Positions 15,945 through 25,861 of a DNA stretch of 51,379 nucleotides are shown in pieces. How positions within the stretch are numbered: the stretch's first letter is position 1; every line of letters begins with the position of its first letter. Source of the DNA: a virus (taxonomy: Duplodnaviria; Caudoviricetes); the IMG/VR virus record IMGVR_UViG_3300032212_000013, positions 1-51,379 of that record; one strand, written 5' to 3'. The notes beneath the pieces are model-generated. The model saw nothing but the letters and a program-made list of their open reading frames with translations, ran no database searches and was not told the DNA's origin. Made by a program: the position numbers and the translations under genes.

Positions 15945-16282
15945 CTACTAAGCAAGACTTATTAAACCACTTTGTAAAGTCTAGAGAGAACTTAACCCCC
16001 GAGGCTAAGGCCGATATAAGTGCTGTAGTAGACATCTTCTGGGACGACATCTTCATGGTTGACTACGGTGATCAGGAATCAGCAAACCTTTATATTAAAG
16101 AAGGTATTGCTGGGTTAGTGGTAGTAGTGGATGCTTGGGGTTGGAGCGAAGCTCCGTCTAGTCACTCATGGGTGTCTGGTTTCGTTACAGTGGCTATGGA
16201 AATGGTTAAGCCTGTCGCTAAAGAGTTCGTCAAGATTGGTATGGAGGCTGGTATTGCTGCCTTGAAGGATAGCTTAGCATGA
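15941..16282 (+). CDS. Hypothetical protein
   Basis: 113 aa ORF with AAGGAGG RBS. Confidence 0.7.
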   Translation: MTTKQDLLNHFVKSRENLTPEAKADISAVVDIFWDDIFMVDYGDQESANLYIKEGIAGLVVVVDAWGWSEAPSSHSWVSGFVTVAMEMVKPVAKEFVKIGMEAGIAALKDSLA

Positions 16283-16722
16283 CAACTACAGCGAGTAGTC
16301 TAGTAAAGTCTGAGTTAGAGTGTTTGTTGTCGGAGGATTCTAGTGATTTGACTAATGCCTTTGACGAAGACTCAGGGTATGTGTCTGCACCTTTTAAGAC
16401 ACACACACACGGTAGCTTCAGTTTATACGTTGATTACTCGCTGGGAACAGCCACTAGCATAGAAATACTTATTCAGGAGTCCTCTGTATCTAAGAACTTT
16501 AAGGACGTGACGACGATCAAACCCTCAGACGATGACGGTGTTTCGTTAGTCAGGACTCACGTTCTCTCTATAGATTCTGACAGTAGCCGACAAGGCGTTT
16601 CAGGCAGCTTGGAGATTAAAGTAGAAGCCCGAGAAGGTTTCTGGGTGAGAATGCTGGCTAAGGCTACAGGCAGTTTAGCTACCCTCCCAACCTTAACCTT
16701 GTCTGCTCATGGTGGTGCATAA
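16279..16722 (+). CDS. Putative virion structural protein (beta-rich)
   Basis: Ser/Thr-rich alternating pattern; position in the late arm. Confidence 0.55.
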   Translation: MTTTASSLVKSELECLLSEDSSDLTNAFDEDSGYVSAPFKTHTHGSFSLYVDYSLGTATSIEILIQESSVSKNFKDVTTIKPSDDDGVSLVRTHVLSIDSDSSRQGVSGSLEIKVEAREGFWVRMLAKATGSLATLPTLTLSAHGGA

Positions 16723-16934
16723 TGACGAGGATAAAGACTGAACCACAAGGAAGCGGAGGGGGTGGTGGTCCTGTTACACCTAGTGACGACTTAGGCTTCC
16801 CTGTATGCTTGATAAACTCAGAGGAAAAGACTGTGCCTGACAGGTATCAGTTACTTGTTTATAATGAATTCAAAGTTCAAGACGACGCTAACCTAATAGT
16901 GATAGGTGAAGTAGTCGTCATAGCGGAGCCCTAA
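16722..16934 (+). CDS. Small putative structural protein
   Basis: Gly linker followed by a short beta-rich segment. Confidence 0.55.
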   Translation: MTRIKTEPQGSGGGGGPVTPSDDLGFPVCLINSEEKTVPDRYQLLVYNEFKVQDDANLIVIGEVVVIAEP

Positions 16935-18958
16935 TGGTAGCTAGATATACATTACAAAAGACTACGTTACCTACGACGCTACCTGTGCCGTCCGTAGGGT
17001 TCATGTATTTGATTATAGACGAGAATAACCAGATTAGAGGGGTTATAAACGTAGCTGGGGTTGCTACTATAGTTGAAGTTGTTGACTCAGCCCTTATAGG
17101 TGCTGACCCTGCTGGCACTGCTGCCGCTGCTATAGTCACGCACGTAGGGGAGTCTGACCCACACACGCAGTACCAGACCGCACCAGACGTTGCTGGTGGC
17201 ATCGCTGCCCACGCTGCTATGGGTTCCGCTCACCATGTCAGGTATGACGATAGTGAGGCCGTTAGCGCAATGGGGTCTAAGGCTAACTCTAATGCGTTGC
17301 ACCATGACAAGTATACCGACGCTGAAGCTTTGATTCAAGGCCAGAGTGCCGTTTCTTCTCACGTAGCGTTAGCTGACCCTCATACTCAATACCAGCTTTT
17401 AACTGGTAAAGGTGTAGCTAATGGTTACGCTGGTCTCGATGGAACAGGTAAGGTTCCCCTGTCTCAACTACCTACTCTAGACGGGCTTTCCTTTGAGGGG
17501 CTGTGGGACGCTGATACAAATAGCCCAGCATTAGCTAGCGGTGTAGGGACTGAAGGTTCTTTCTATATTGTTAATGTAGCTGGAAACACTAATCTAGACG
17601 GTATTAGTGATTGGGAGGTTAAGGATTGGGCTATCTTCTTTGGGGGTGTGTGGTTAAAGCTGGATAATAGTGATAGTGTTGTTTCAGTTAATACCCAGAC
17701 AGGTGTTGTAGTATTAGACGCTACTGACGTAGGTGCAGATCCATCGGGAACCGCTGCTGCCGCTATAGCAGCACACGTAGCTGACCTAACCCCTCACCCT
17801 GGTATTGAAATTGAAGAAACAGTAAATGAAGAGAAGGTTAGGATAGTTTACGAGTTAGAGGTAGGAACTCCTAGCGACCCTAAGGAGTCTGTCTTTGGTG
17901 AGGGGGATTCTTACACTGAAGGCATGATCGTCAAGAATTCTGTCTCTCTAATAGCTGGTCCTTTTACTGACGTTACAGCAGAGGCTTCTTCTAGAGGTGG
18001 CTCTACTTTTAACATGTTCTCCGCTTTGACTACAAACGCCACTTTATTAATTGGTGGTCCTACTAAGTTCCCAGGTATTAAGTATGTGTTAGACACTTTA
18101 GGTGTGGGCTTAGATAGTGACGACTTAGAGTTTGGTTATTGGAACGGAGCTTCATTCGTGCCGTTCAATATCATGTCCACTAGAGGTTCTTGGCCCTACA
18201 CACAGTTAGCTCAAGACTACCTTGAGAGTGTAACTGATTTTCAGTGTAGGTGGTTCTTTGACGACACCTTATGGCAGTTGTCTACAATCGACGGGGATAA
18301 CCTTTATTGGATACAAGTCAGGTATACAGGTGGTGGAATGGTTACTTCGCCTACTGGTGAACTGATTAAACTACATACTAATAGAACTGAGATTAATAAG
18401 GACGGGTTTGTAGAAAGGTTTGGTAGGGCCATACCTCGTGGGACTATTCCGCAGATCAGTCTTAAACAGACTGACGACTTAGCAGGTTTTAGCCCCTCTA
18501 ACGAAACCTTGAATTTCAGCACTGATATCGGCTTGACTCCTGTGGACAATGAGTTCCAAAATAGCACTATTGACGCGATAGGTGGAACGTTCCCAATTGA
18601 AGAGGGCTTAGATACTTCAAGACCTATTAGTGTGGAGGTCCTATACACCCCACTTAATAATGGTTCAGGTGACGTAGAGTTCGAGCTGATTATATGCCCA
18701 ACTAGAGTTGGGGACGAGTTAGACGGTAGTTTACCTCAATCGATTATTACAGCTATAGAGACTCTACCAGGTGGCGAGGATAATATCATTAGGCGGGTGG
18801 ATATAGAGTTCACTGTCGAGGACTTAGTCCCTGGGGAGACTGTAGCTTGGTCGTTACTTAGACAAGCTGACGGTGGTAACGCTGACGACACTTACGGTGG
18901 CAATATAGCCATAGTGTCTATTGTGGCCACTGGAAGCTACTGGAGAGACACAAAGTGA
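16934..18958 (+). CDS. Tail or head fibre-like protein
   Basis: Repeated GADP.GTAAAAI..HV..DPHTQY, KGVANGYAGLDGTGKVP and VVSVNTQTGVVVL fibre-type motifs. Confidence 0.75.
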   Translation: MVARYTLQKTTLPTTLPVPSVGFMYLIIDENNQIRGVINVAGVATIVEVVDSALIGADPAGTAAAAIVTHVGESDPHTQYQTAPDVAGGIAAHAAMGSAHHVRYDDSEAVSAMGSKANSNALHHDKYTDAEALIQGQSAVSSHVALADPHTQYQLLTGKGVANGYAGLDGTGKVPLSQLPTLDGLSFEGLWDADTNSPALASGVGTEGSFYIVNVAGNTNLDGISDWEVKDWAIFFGGVWLKLDNSDSVVSVNTQTGVVVLDATDVGADPSGTAAAAIAAHVADLTPHPGIEIEETVNEEKVRIVYELEVGTPSDPKESVFGEGDSYTEGMIVKNSVSLIAGPFTDVTAEASSRGGSTFNMFSALTTNATLLIGGPTKFPGIKYVLDTLGVGLDSDDLEFGYWNGASFVPFNIMSTRGSWPYTQLAQDYLESVTDFQCRWFFDDTLWQLSTIDGDNLYWIQVRYTGGGMVTSPTGELIKLHTNRTEINKDGFVERFGRAIPRGTIPQISLKQTDDLAGFSPSNETLNFSTDIGLTPVDNEFQNSTIDAIGGTFPIEEGLDTSRPISVEVLYTPLNNGSGDVEFELIICPTRVGDELDGSLPQSIITAIETLPGGEDNIIRRVDIEFTVEDLVPGETVAWSLLRQADGGNADDTYGGNIAIVSIVATGSYWRDTK

Positions 18959-19539
18959 CAATAAAAGCATATTTAGACTCAGAGGGTGTGGTGCTTTGCA
19001 TTGGTAAGCGAGACCACACCATAGAAGAGATACAAAGCAAACAACCCACTGTAGTTACTAAAATAGCTGAAGCTCCTGAAGGCTTGATACCTAAGGGATC
19101 TAAACCTACATACCACACTTTAGTTAGTGGTGACGGGACTTCTATTGAAGACTACGAAGTAAATGAGTCCCCTTTACACCTAGAAAGCTTAAGGGTAGCC
19201 CGATACGATAGTATGGACATGGTTACTGGGAGTGTGCTTGCTCAAGGCTTCACACATAACGGTATAAGGTTTTCTTTGTCTATATACGCACAAACTAATT
19301 GGTCTGAAATGTGGCGGCAACGTCATGGAACCCTCTTTGAATACCCTGTGGAGATATCAACCCTTGAAGAAGGTATTACTTATCTACTAGCTGACGCTGA
19401 AGAAGTAGACACTTTCTATAGGGCGGGGTATACTAAAGTTAGGGAAGAACTAATTAAAGGTAGAGCCTTAAAGAAGTTAGTAAAGGAGGCTAATACAGCA
19501 GCCTCTATTAATGGCGTTGTTGACTCTAGGATAGCTTGA
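18955..19539 (+). CDS. DUF4376-like fibre-associated protein
   Basis: C-terminal GFTHNGIRFSLS...QTNW; directly follows a fibre gene. Confidence 0.6.
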   Translation: MTIKAYLDSEGVVLCIGKRDHTIEEIQSKQPTVVTKIAEAPEGLIPKGSKPTYHTLVSGDGTSIEDYEVNESPLHLESLRVARYDSMDMVTGSVLAQGFTHNGIRFSLSIYAQTNWSEMWRQRHGTLFEYPVEISTLEEGITYLLADAEEVDTFYRAGYTKVREELIKGRALKKLVKEANTAASINGVVDSRIA

Positions 19540-19609
19540 AATTAAACAGTTGCACGACGTGCTGTATTCTGATAATGTAACAGCAAATTCTAAATAAAAG
19601 CGAGGTAAC

Positions 19610-20152
19610 ATGGGAACCAGATCAGCTAATTTGAAGGTTGGTTTGACCTTGAGCGGCTCCGCTCAAAACAAACTTCTCGATAACGGGACAGCCTGTTTTA
19701 ACCTTTCAGAAGTAATTAATAAAGAGTTAAAAGATGGTGTTGCTGCCGGTGAAATTGATCGCCTGTGGAGAGACGACAATCGTGCCTTACCTGTTGGGTC
19801 AGAAGTCATCGACGTTTATGACTTTGCTGCTCAAGATATTGGTGCTGGTTTGGGTAACGATGCTTTAGGTCAACCTATGGCTCTAGAAGAGGTTGCAGTT
19901 ATTCTAATCACCAACAAAAGCGCTACAGGCACACTGTTAGTTGGTGGCGAAGGAACAGCAGCAGCTTTCAGTTCTCCTTTTAGTGGTGACGACGACGCTA
20001 TCTTAGCTGTGCCACCCCTTAGTACAGTTTTGTTATGCACAGAGAATAAACCTGGGTATGACGTAGAAGATGTAAACAACCACCTGCTTCAATTTGAGGC
20101 TGTTGGTGCTGACGTTACTTATGATCTTATCATTGCCGGAAGGAGCGCATAA
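19610..20152 (+). CDS. Putative virion structural protein
   Basis: 180 aa, beta-rich and acidic; GAGG RBS. Confidence 0.65.
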   Translation: MGTRSANLKVGLTLSGSAQNKLLDNGTACFNLSEVINKELKDGVAAGEIDRLWRDDNRALPVGSEVIDVYDFAAQDIGAGLGNDALGQPMALEEVAVILITNKSATGTLLVGGEGTAAAFSSPFSGDDDAILAVPPLSTVLLCTENKPGYDVEDVNNHLLQFEAVGADVTYDLIIAGRSA

Positions 20153-20274
20153 TGTCTAAAGGAAACACACCGAAACCTGCTATTAGTAAACACCCTAGCC
20201 CACTAGGTAAACCTAGCTTTAAGAACAAGTTTCAAAACGCTGGAAAACCTGCCAAGGGGTTTAAGGGTAAGTAA
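20152..20274 (+). CDS. Basic Lys/Pro-rich peptide, 40 aa (not in ORF track)
   Basis: MSKGNTPKPAISKHPSPLGKPSFKNKF...; AAGGAG RBS and TAATG coupling. Confidence 0.5.
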   Translation: MSKGNTPKPAISKHPSPLGKPSFKNKFQNAGKPAKGFKGK

Positions 20275-20276
20275 AT

Positions 20277-20909
20277 TTGGTAGTCAACAAGTTTGGCCGC
20301 TATTGGGAGTTGCCTGACACGCTAACTTCCGCCAGCGGCGAATCTAATCTTAATGAAATGTTACCGATGGGCTATCCTTTTAGGTTAGACTCAGACGGTG
20401 TGCTTGACATTAGGGTGAACGCTATCAACTGGCAAAAAGTTAACGGTGCATTAATAGAAGTTCTTGAGCAAGGACCGATAACATTAGCGGATAATTCCAC
20501 TAGTTATCTATACTATGACTCTAATGGAACTTTAACTGTATCGGTTTCTTCTTTTCCAGACCCTTCTAGCAACGAGTTCTTTGCTTGTGCTAAAATTGTT
20601 ACTAATGCGGGTGTGATAACTGAAATTCACCCTTATATAAGACCCTCCCCCAGTAGTGGGGGTGGTGGTGGGAGTGGTGGAAACTACTTACACCAAAGCT
20701 TTCCTATATCAGGGGGAGAGACAGTGTTCAATATTATTGATCCTGTGTCTTCTCCTCTTTCTATACTGTTATTCATCGGCTCCTTAAGGGCTAACCTTAC
20801 CGACGACTATACAGTGAGTGGACCAAACAACCAGACTATAACACTAACCGCTCCTGCTTACCCAGTTAGGGCTAATGATAAAGTAGTAGCTTATTACCAA
20901 CCCGCTTAA
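20277..20909 (+). CDS. Putative structural protein with a repeated beta domain
   Basis: Shares a domain with 23499 and 35717; Gly linker. Confidence 0.65.
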   Translation: MVVNKFGRYWELPDTLTSASGESNLNEMLPMGYPFRLDSDGVLDIRVNAINWQKVNGALIEVLEQGPITLADNSTSYLYYDSNGTLTVSVSSFPDPSSNEFFACAKIVTNAGVITEIHPYIRPSPSSGGGGGSGGNYLHQSFPISGGETVFNIIDPVSSPLSILLFIGSLRANLTDDYTVSGPNNQTITLTAPAYPVRANDKVVAYYQPA

Positions 20910-20922
20910 TAGGAGTAACTAA

Positions 20923-22782
20923 ATGGTATCTTTACTTGTAGACGATAGAAATTATAAAGACGGCAGCGTTGATACTGTCGCTTTGGCAGCTGGTGCTTTG
21001 GAAGCCTCCGCTGCTGGTAGAGCTAAGATGGACGACGATTACTTCGACCTACCAGCTACTATCCAGGCTAAGTTCTCAACTGACGCATTCACATTAGCGG
21101 CTGTAAACGACGTGTTTGCTACAGCTTCGATTGCTCTTGATCGTCTTGCTGAGACTGTGATTCAAGCTGACGGTGGCGCAGCTTTTACGGCTGACCAGTC
21201 CCATGGCGGTTTTAAGATTACTTCTTTGGCTGCTGGTGTTGCGTCTACTGACGCTGTTAATGTTCAACAACTTAACGACGCTATTGTAGGATTAGACAAG
21301 AAAGAGTCTGCTAGGGTTGCTACTACTGCTGACCTACCAGCCTCTACACCAGCTGGGTCTGGTGTTGGGAAAACTATTACAGCAGACGCTAATGGTGTAC
21401 TTACTATTGACGGTGTTGCCACAGTACTTGGGGATAGGGTCTTAGTTAAGAACTACGGCGGGACTGCCTCTTCTGTGCATAACGGTATTTACGACGTTAC
21501 TACTGAAGGAACTGCTGGAGTACCTTTTGTTCTTACTCGTTCTACCGACGCTGACGGTTCGCCTTCTAGTGAAGTGACAGCTAACATGTACCTCTTTATT
21601 GAAGAGGGAACGACCAACGACAATAAGGGTTTTACTCTTGTCACAAACGACCCTATCGTTGTTGATACTACAGCACTTCAGTTTACTCAATTTACTGTGT
21701 CTGGTTCCCAAGATCTAGCCGGTGTTTTAGCTACTGGGAACACTACTGGAGGCAACGATGTTAGCTTGTCCTCTGGTGATAAACTCACTTCTGTAGCTGA
21801 AATGACTTTGGAGGCTACCACTACCTTAGATACTAGTTCTAACGGTAACATGACCAAGGCTCCAAACCAACACCCAACTTTGGGAACTACTGGTTACTCC
21901 AACTCCATTAATGGTGGTGAAGGGGCTTTAGGTGCTGGAAACAGCTCTGACGGAGGCACTGGTGGTCCTGTCAATGTGACTGGTGGTAATGGTGGAAGTT
22001 ACCCGGCTACTGCTGGTATTGTTTCCTCTGGTGCTGGCGGCCCAGCCACAGTTGCTGGCGGTAATGGTGGCGAAGCTATCACCACTCAAGCAGGAGTAAA
22101 CCCTGCTGGTGACGGTGGAGTAGCAGTCCTTACTGGTGGTCAAGGTGGAGAAGATAACGGTAACAACACCCCACCAGGAGACGGCGGAGACGCTACGGTT
22201 AAGGGTGGAGACGCCGGAGCCTCTTCTGGTAAAGACGGTGACGGTGGAGACGCTATCATGCGGGGTGGCGCTAAGCGTAACTCTGGTGTCGACGGGTCGG
22301 TGCTTATCGGAACTAGTGACACTAATAACACCACAATCGGTAATACTACTGACCACAAAGAGGTTGCCCTCAAAGCCGACAACTCTGCTACTGGTTTGAT
22401 TACCTTTCAGTCTCAAGGTGCTGGCTCTGCTGTTCCTATGCAAGAAGCTGGAGACACAGAAGGCCTAGTTCTCAATGGTGCCTTCGCCGGGGACTCAATC
22501 ATCGCGGCGATCAATGAGAATCGTTCAAACATTGCAGCTGTCGGTGGAACAGAGGTTAAGAACGAGGCTGTCACACCGCAGAACCTTACTACCGACACTC
22601 TTCTTACTGACACCCTTAACTTTACTCCTCTTGTTGACGGAGACGTTCAGCTTAAGCTTAATGGTCTTGAGGCTATTAATGGGGTCAACTTTACTGTTTC
22701 AGGAACGGGCATTACTTGGCTAGGAACTGTGCACGAACTTAGAGACGACGACACTTTGAGAGCTTTTTACAAGAGGGCTTAA
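20923..22782 (+). CDS. Fibre or spike protein with a glycine-rich region
   Basis: GDRVLVKN...NGIY...LTRSTDAD fibre motif; long GG-rich repeats. Confidence 0.75.
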   Translation: MVSLLVDDRNYKDGSVDTVALAAGALEASAAGRAKMDDDYFDLPATIQAKFSTDAFTLAAVNDVFATASIALDRLAETVIQADGGAAFTADQSHGGFKITSLAAGVASTDAVNVQQLNDAIVGLDKKESARVATTADLPASTPAGSGVGKTITADANGVLTIDGVATVLGDRVLVKNYGGTASSVHNGIYDVTTEGTAGVPFVLTRSTDADGSPSSEVTANMYLFIEEGTTNDNKGFTLVTNDPIVVDTTALQFTQFTVSGSQDLAGVLATGNTTGGNDVSLSSGDKLTSVAEMTLEATTTLDTSSNGNMTKAPNQHPTLGTTGYSNSINGGEGALGAGNSSDGGTGGPVNVTGGNGGSYPATAGIVSSGAGGPATVAGGNGGEAITTQAGVNPAGDGGVAVLTGGQGGEDNGNNTPPGDGGDATVKGGDAGASSGKDGDGGDAIMRGGAKRNSGVDGSVLIGTSDTNNTTIGNTTDHKEVALKADNSATGLITFQSQGAGSAVPMQEAGDTEGLVLNGAFAGDSIIAAINENRSNIAAVGGTEVKNEAVTPQNLTTDTLLTDTLNFTPLVDGDVQLKLNGLEAINGVNFTVSGTGITWLGTVHELRDDDTLRAFYKRA

Positions 22783-22790
22783 TATTAATA

Positions 22791-22821
22791 GAAAGGGTAG
22801 GAAAGTTTTTCCTACCCTTTC
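22791..22821 (+). terminator. Hairpin, probable terminator
   Basis: Perfect 14 bp stem GAAAGGGTAGGAAA/TTTCCTACCCTTTC. Confidence 0.6.
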
Positions 22822-22842
22822 CTCTTGCTTGTGGGGTGACTA

Positions 22843-23481
22843 ATGGCTATAACTGGCGCTATCGCTAGAGTGAAAGACTTAAGAAACTCAAGAACTGACG
22901 GTAGCGAAGCTTCTGCGGGGGAGGTTCCTACTGTCCAGTCTGACGGTAAGGTTGACTGGCAAGCACCTACAGAAGGTAAGTTAATATTACTCGGCAGTGC
23001 TTCTGTGGTTAATACCGCTACTACACTCAGTATTACTTTAGCCATGAGTGACCTATATAGAACCTATAAGCTAGTTATTGAAGAAATGGATTCTAACTTC
23101 ACTCACAACTGGGGTATTAGGTTCATGAACTCTGGCGTCCAGTTGGCTGGTGCCAACTATAACGGTCACAGGGGTGTGAGGGTAGCTGCACTTGAGAGTT
23201 ACGACGCTCAAACTAATGCTACAGGCTTAGACCTTCTTAAACCCTTATTCGCAGACGGCAAGGGCAGAGGTGAGCTTACTATATTCAGACCATTAGACGC
23301 CGAAGCAGGTAACCCTGCATTCTTCGGAACTATGATACTGTCGCGTAGCGCTTCTTTTGAGAGAGCTGACGTTGCAGGTGAGTATAACGTTAGCGGTCAG
23401 AATGTCACTGGTGTGAGGTTATTTACTACTGGCGGAACTTGGACCGCTCGTATGTCTTTGTATGGTGTTAAAAACAGTTAA
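22843..23481 (+). CDS. Tail fibre-associated protein
   Basis: VPTVQSDGKVDWQAP linker followed by a beta-rich domain ending SLYGVK. Confidence 0.6.
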   Translation: MAITGAIARVKDLRNSRTDGSEASAGEVPTVQSDGKVDWQAPTEGKLILLGSASVVNTATTLSITLAMSDLYRTYKLVIEEMDSNFTHNWGIRFMNSGVQLAGANYNGHRGVRVAALESYDAQTNATGLDLLKPLFADGKGRGELTIFRPLDAEAGNPAFFGTMILSRSASFERADVAGEYNVSGQNVTGVRLFTTGGTWTARMSLYGVKNS

Positions 23482-23498
23482 ATAGATAGGACTTAAAC

Positions 23499-23882
23499 AT
23501 GTCGGAATTACCTAATACAGCTTGGAAAGATCGTATGGACAACTCACAGCCTGGGTTTGTCGATTCAATGAACAAGCTAGGCCCTATGGGTGTGTGCTTT
23601 CAAACAGCAGAACAAGAAGGTACTCTTAACTTCTGTGTGGCTCCTGTTAACCTTATGACCAATGCCGGTAACGCCGAGTTTGTTGGGTCAGCTGCTGAAG
23701 TAGTTATTGACGCAGACGAGAACTTTGTGTATGTTGACGACACAGGAACTTTACAGATTAGCCAGCTAGCTGACTTCCCTTTGCCAAGTGCAGCACAAAG
23801 TTTCTACTGTGCGAAGATTGTAGCTGCCGACGGGGCTATTACTGAGATTCACAACTTCTGCCACATTTCCGGTGGTCTCTGA
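23499..23882 (+). CDS. Putative structural protein (paralogue of the 20277 domain)
   Basis: NFVYVDDTGTL...FP...FYCAKIVAADGAITEIH. Confidence 0.65.
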   Translation: MSELPNTAWKDRMDNSQPGFVDSMNKLGPMGVCFQTAEQEGTLNFCVAPVNLMTNAGNAEFVGSAAEVVIDADENFVYVDDTGTLQISQLADFPLPSAAQSFYCAKIVAADGAITEIHNFCHISGGL

Positions 23883-23903
23883 TTAACGACAAGAGGTTCT
23901 CCC

Positions 23904-24239
23904 ATGCTTAAACAATTAATATCCACTGTTACAAAGTTGGCTGGTAGTAGGAAAGCTGTAGCTTCTACTGCTGGAAGTGGTGGGGCTGTGACTCTTGGAG
24001 GGGTAGTGTTCGCTCTATTAGTAAACTACACTAGCCTAGACCAAGAGATAGCCCTTACTGCTTCAGGCTTGATTGCTGCTGCTATTATGTATGGAGTGGG
24101 TTCTTTTGTTAAAGCACAGGGAGTAGCCGACGCTGGGGATGAGAACTACGGTCTGAGCAAAGCTGAAAAGACTGCCAAGATAGCGGAGGGCGACAAGGAT
24201 ATGCTTGATCGTCTACTGTCAAGTAAGGAGAACCAATGA
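23904..24239 (+). CDS. Holin-like membrane protein
   Basis: Two hydrophobic helices and a charged C-terminus. Confidence 0.5.
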   Translation: MLKQLISTVTKLAGSRKAVASTAGSGGAVTLGGVVFALLVNYTSLDQEIALTASGLIAAAIMYGVGSFVKAQGVADAGDENYGLSKAEKTAKIAEGDKDMLDRLLSSKENQ

Positions 24240-25861
24240 CTGTTACCCTCGACGCTGAATTAAAAGAGCAGCTTAAGAGGTTTACAGACGAAGCTCGTAA
24301 GAACCTTATTGGTTTCTCCGAAGACAAGTTGCTTGCTGAAGGCATAGAGGCTCACGAAGAACTCATAGATGCCTACAACGAGTCTATCAACAGCTTCAGC
24401 TTTGTAGACCCTCTTGAGAGGTATATAGACCCAGGTGACAGTTCTACACTGTGGACTCCTGTTAATGGGTTTAAGAGGACAGACCGTAGCCCTACAGCTT
24501 CAGGCTTAGCTGACCCAAGGCTAGATAGCGACTTTGACTACGACCGAATGAGGCACAATAGTCGGCTATTGGCTCTTCGGAATGAGTACGCGATCAACAT
24601 TATTGAGAACATGATTAACTTCGTTATCGGTAATGGGCTTAAATACCTGGCTGTCACTAACCCTAGGGTTGGGGATAAAGCTAAGTCTAGCGAAGCACAG
24701 CAGCGTAGGTTAGAGGTCGCCCAAGACGTTATAGACGACTTCATTGAAGACAACGACTGGGACGAGCTAGAGCAAGAGCTTGAAAAGAGAGGTCTTAGGG
24801 ACGGTGAATTCTTCTTAAGGTTATTTAGGAAACTTGACGGGTCTACTACTGTTAGAACTATAGAGCCTGAGCAAGTCTTCACCCCACAGGATCAGCAGCA
24901 TAATGAGAACGTGTCCTTTGGCATACTGTTTGACTCAGACGACAGACAAGAGCCACTAGGTTATTATGTCGACGGTGACTTTGTAAGCGCAGATCAGATT
25001 ATCCACAAGAAGTTTAATGTTGATAGGTCTATAGCTCGTGGAGTGTCTGCGTTCTACGCTGTTGAAGAGAATTTACGACGTGCCGAGAAGCTCATGAGAA
25101 ACATGAGTAGGGTCGCAGCAGTTCAGGCGACTCTGATTGGCTCTAGAAGCTTCGAGAACAGCTCCAAAGCGGCTGTTGAGAGGATGATTAAGAGCAAGTC
25201 AGCCTTCTCTCATGTGGATCGTCTTCGCCAAGCGGTTCCTGGGTCTAATCCGCAGAACAAAGAGGTTATGAACTATAGTCTTCCAACTATGATTAATATG
25301 CCTAGAGGCCAAAAGTTTGAGTTCTTTACTAAGGCTATAGCGGCTGAATCTTTTATACCTGTGCTTAGACAAGAACTGATTGGTATAGCTGCTAGGTTTA
25401 ACTTCACGGAATACATGCTCACTTCGGATGCTTCTAATGGGAACTTCGCTTCTACTATGGTGGCGGAAACTCCCTTTGTCAGATCTATGGAGCGTAGGCA
25501 GGGACTGGCGACTAAGCTTGGCACCAGAGTTATGTGGTTGGTCCTTATTAACAGCGGTGTCATGTCTCGCAGCACAAGAAAGTCCGTCAAGGTAAACGCC
25601 GAAGCGCCTAACTTAATTATCAGAGACAACCGTAAAGAAGCACAAGCTAACATGATAAAGGCCGAAGCTGGCATTATCTCCCCTCAGACATGGAGTCAGA
25701 AGGAGGGCTTGGACTATAAGTCAGAGCAGAATAATCGTGTGGAGCACGAGGCTAAGTTTGGGTCGTTCCCAGCTAATAGCAAGCAGAATGACGCAGCGGA
25801 GCAAGAGACAAACGACGAACGTAGAGATAGGGAAACCGATGGCGAAGATGAAGGTAGATGA
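24236..25861 (+). CDS. Portal protein
   Basis: RDGEFFLRLF, RGVS and DASNGNFAS portal motifs; precedes protease and capsid. Confidence 0.9.
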   Translation: MTVTLDAELKEQLKRFTDEARKNLIGFSEDKLLAEGIEAHEELIDAYNESINSFSFVDPLERYIDPGDSSTLWTPVNGFKRTDRSPTASGLADPRLDSDFDYDRMRHNSRLLALRNEYAINIIENMINFVIGNGLKYLAVTNPRVGDKAKSSEAQQRRLEVAQDVIDDFIEDNDWDELEQELEKRGLRDGEFFLRLFRKLDGSTTVRTIEPEQVFTPQDQQHNENVSFGILFDSDDRQEPLGYYVDGDFVSADQIIHKKFNVDRSIARGVSAFYAVEENLRRAEKLMRNMSRVAAVQATLIGSRSFENSSKAAVERMIKSKSAFSHVDRLRQAVPGSNPQNKEVMNYSLPTMINMPRGQKFEFFTKAIAAESFIPVLRQELIGIAARFNFTEYMLTSDASNGNFASTMVAETPFVRSMERRQGLATKLGTRVMWLVLINSGVMSRSTRKSVKVNAEAPNLIIRDNRKEAQANMIKAEAGIISPQTWSQKEGLDYKSEQNNRVEHEAKFGSFPANSKQNDAAEQETNDERRDRETDGEDEGR

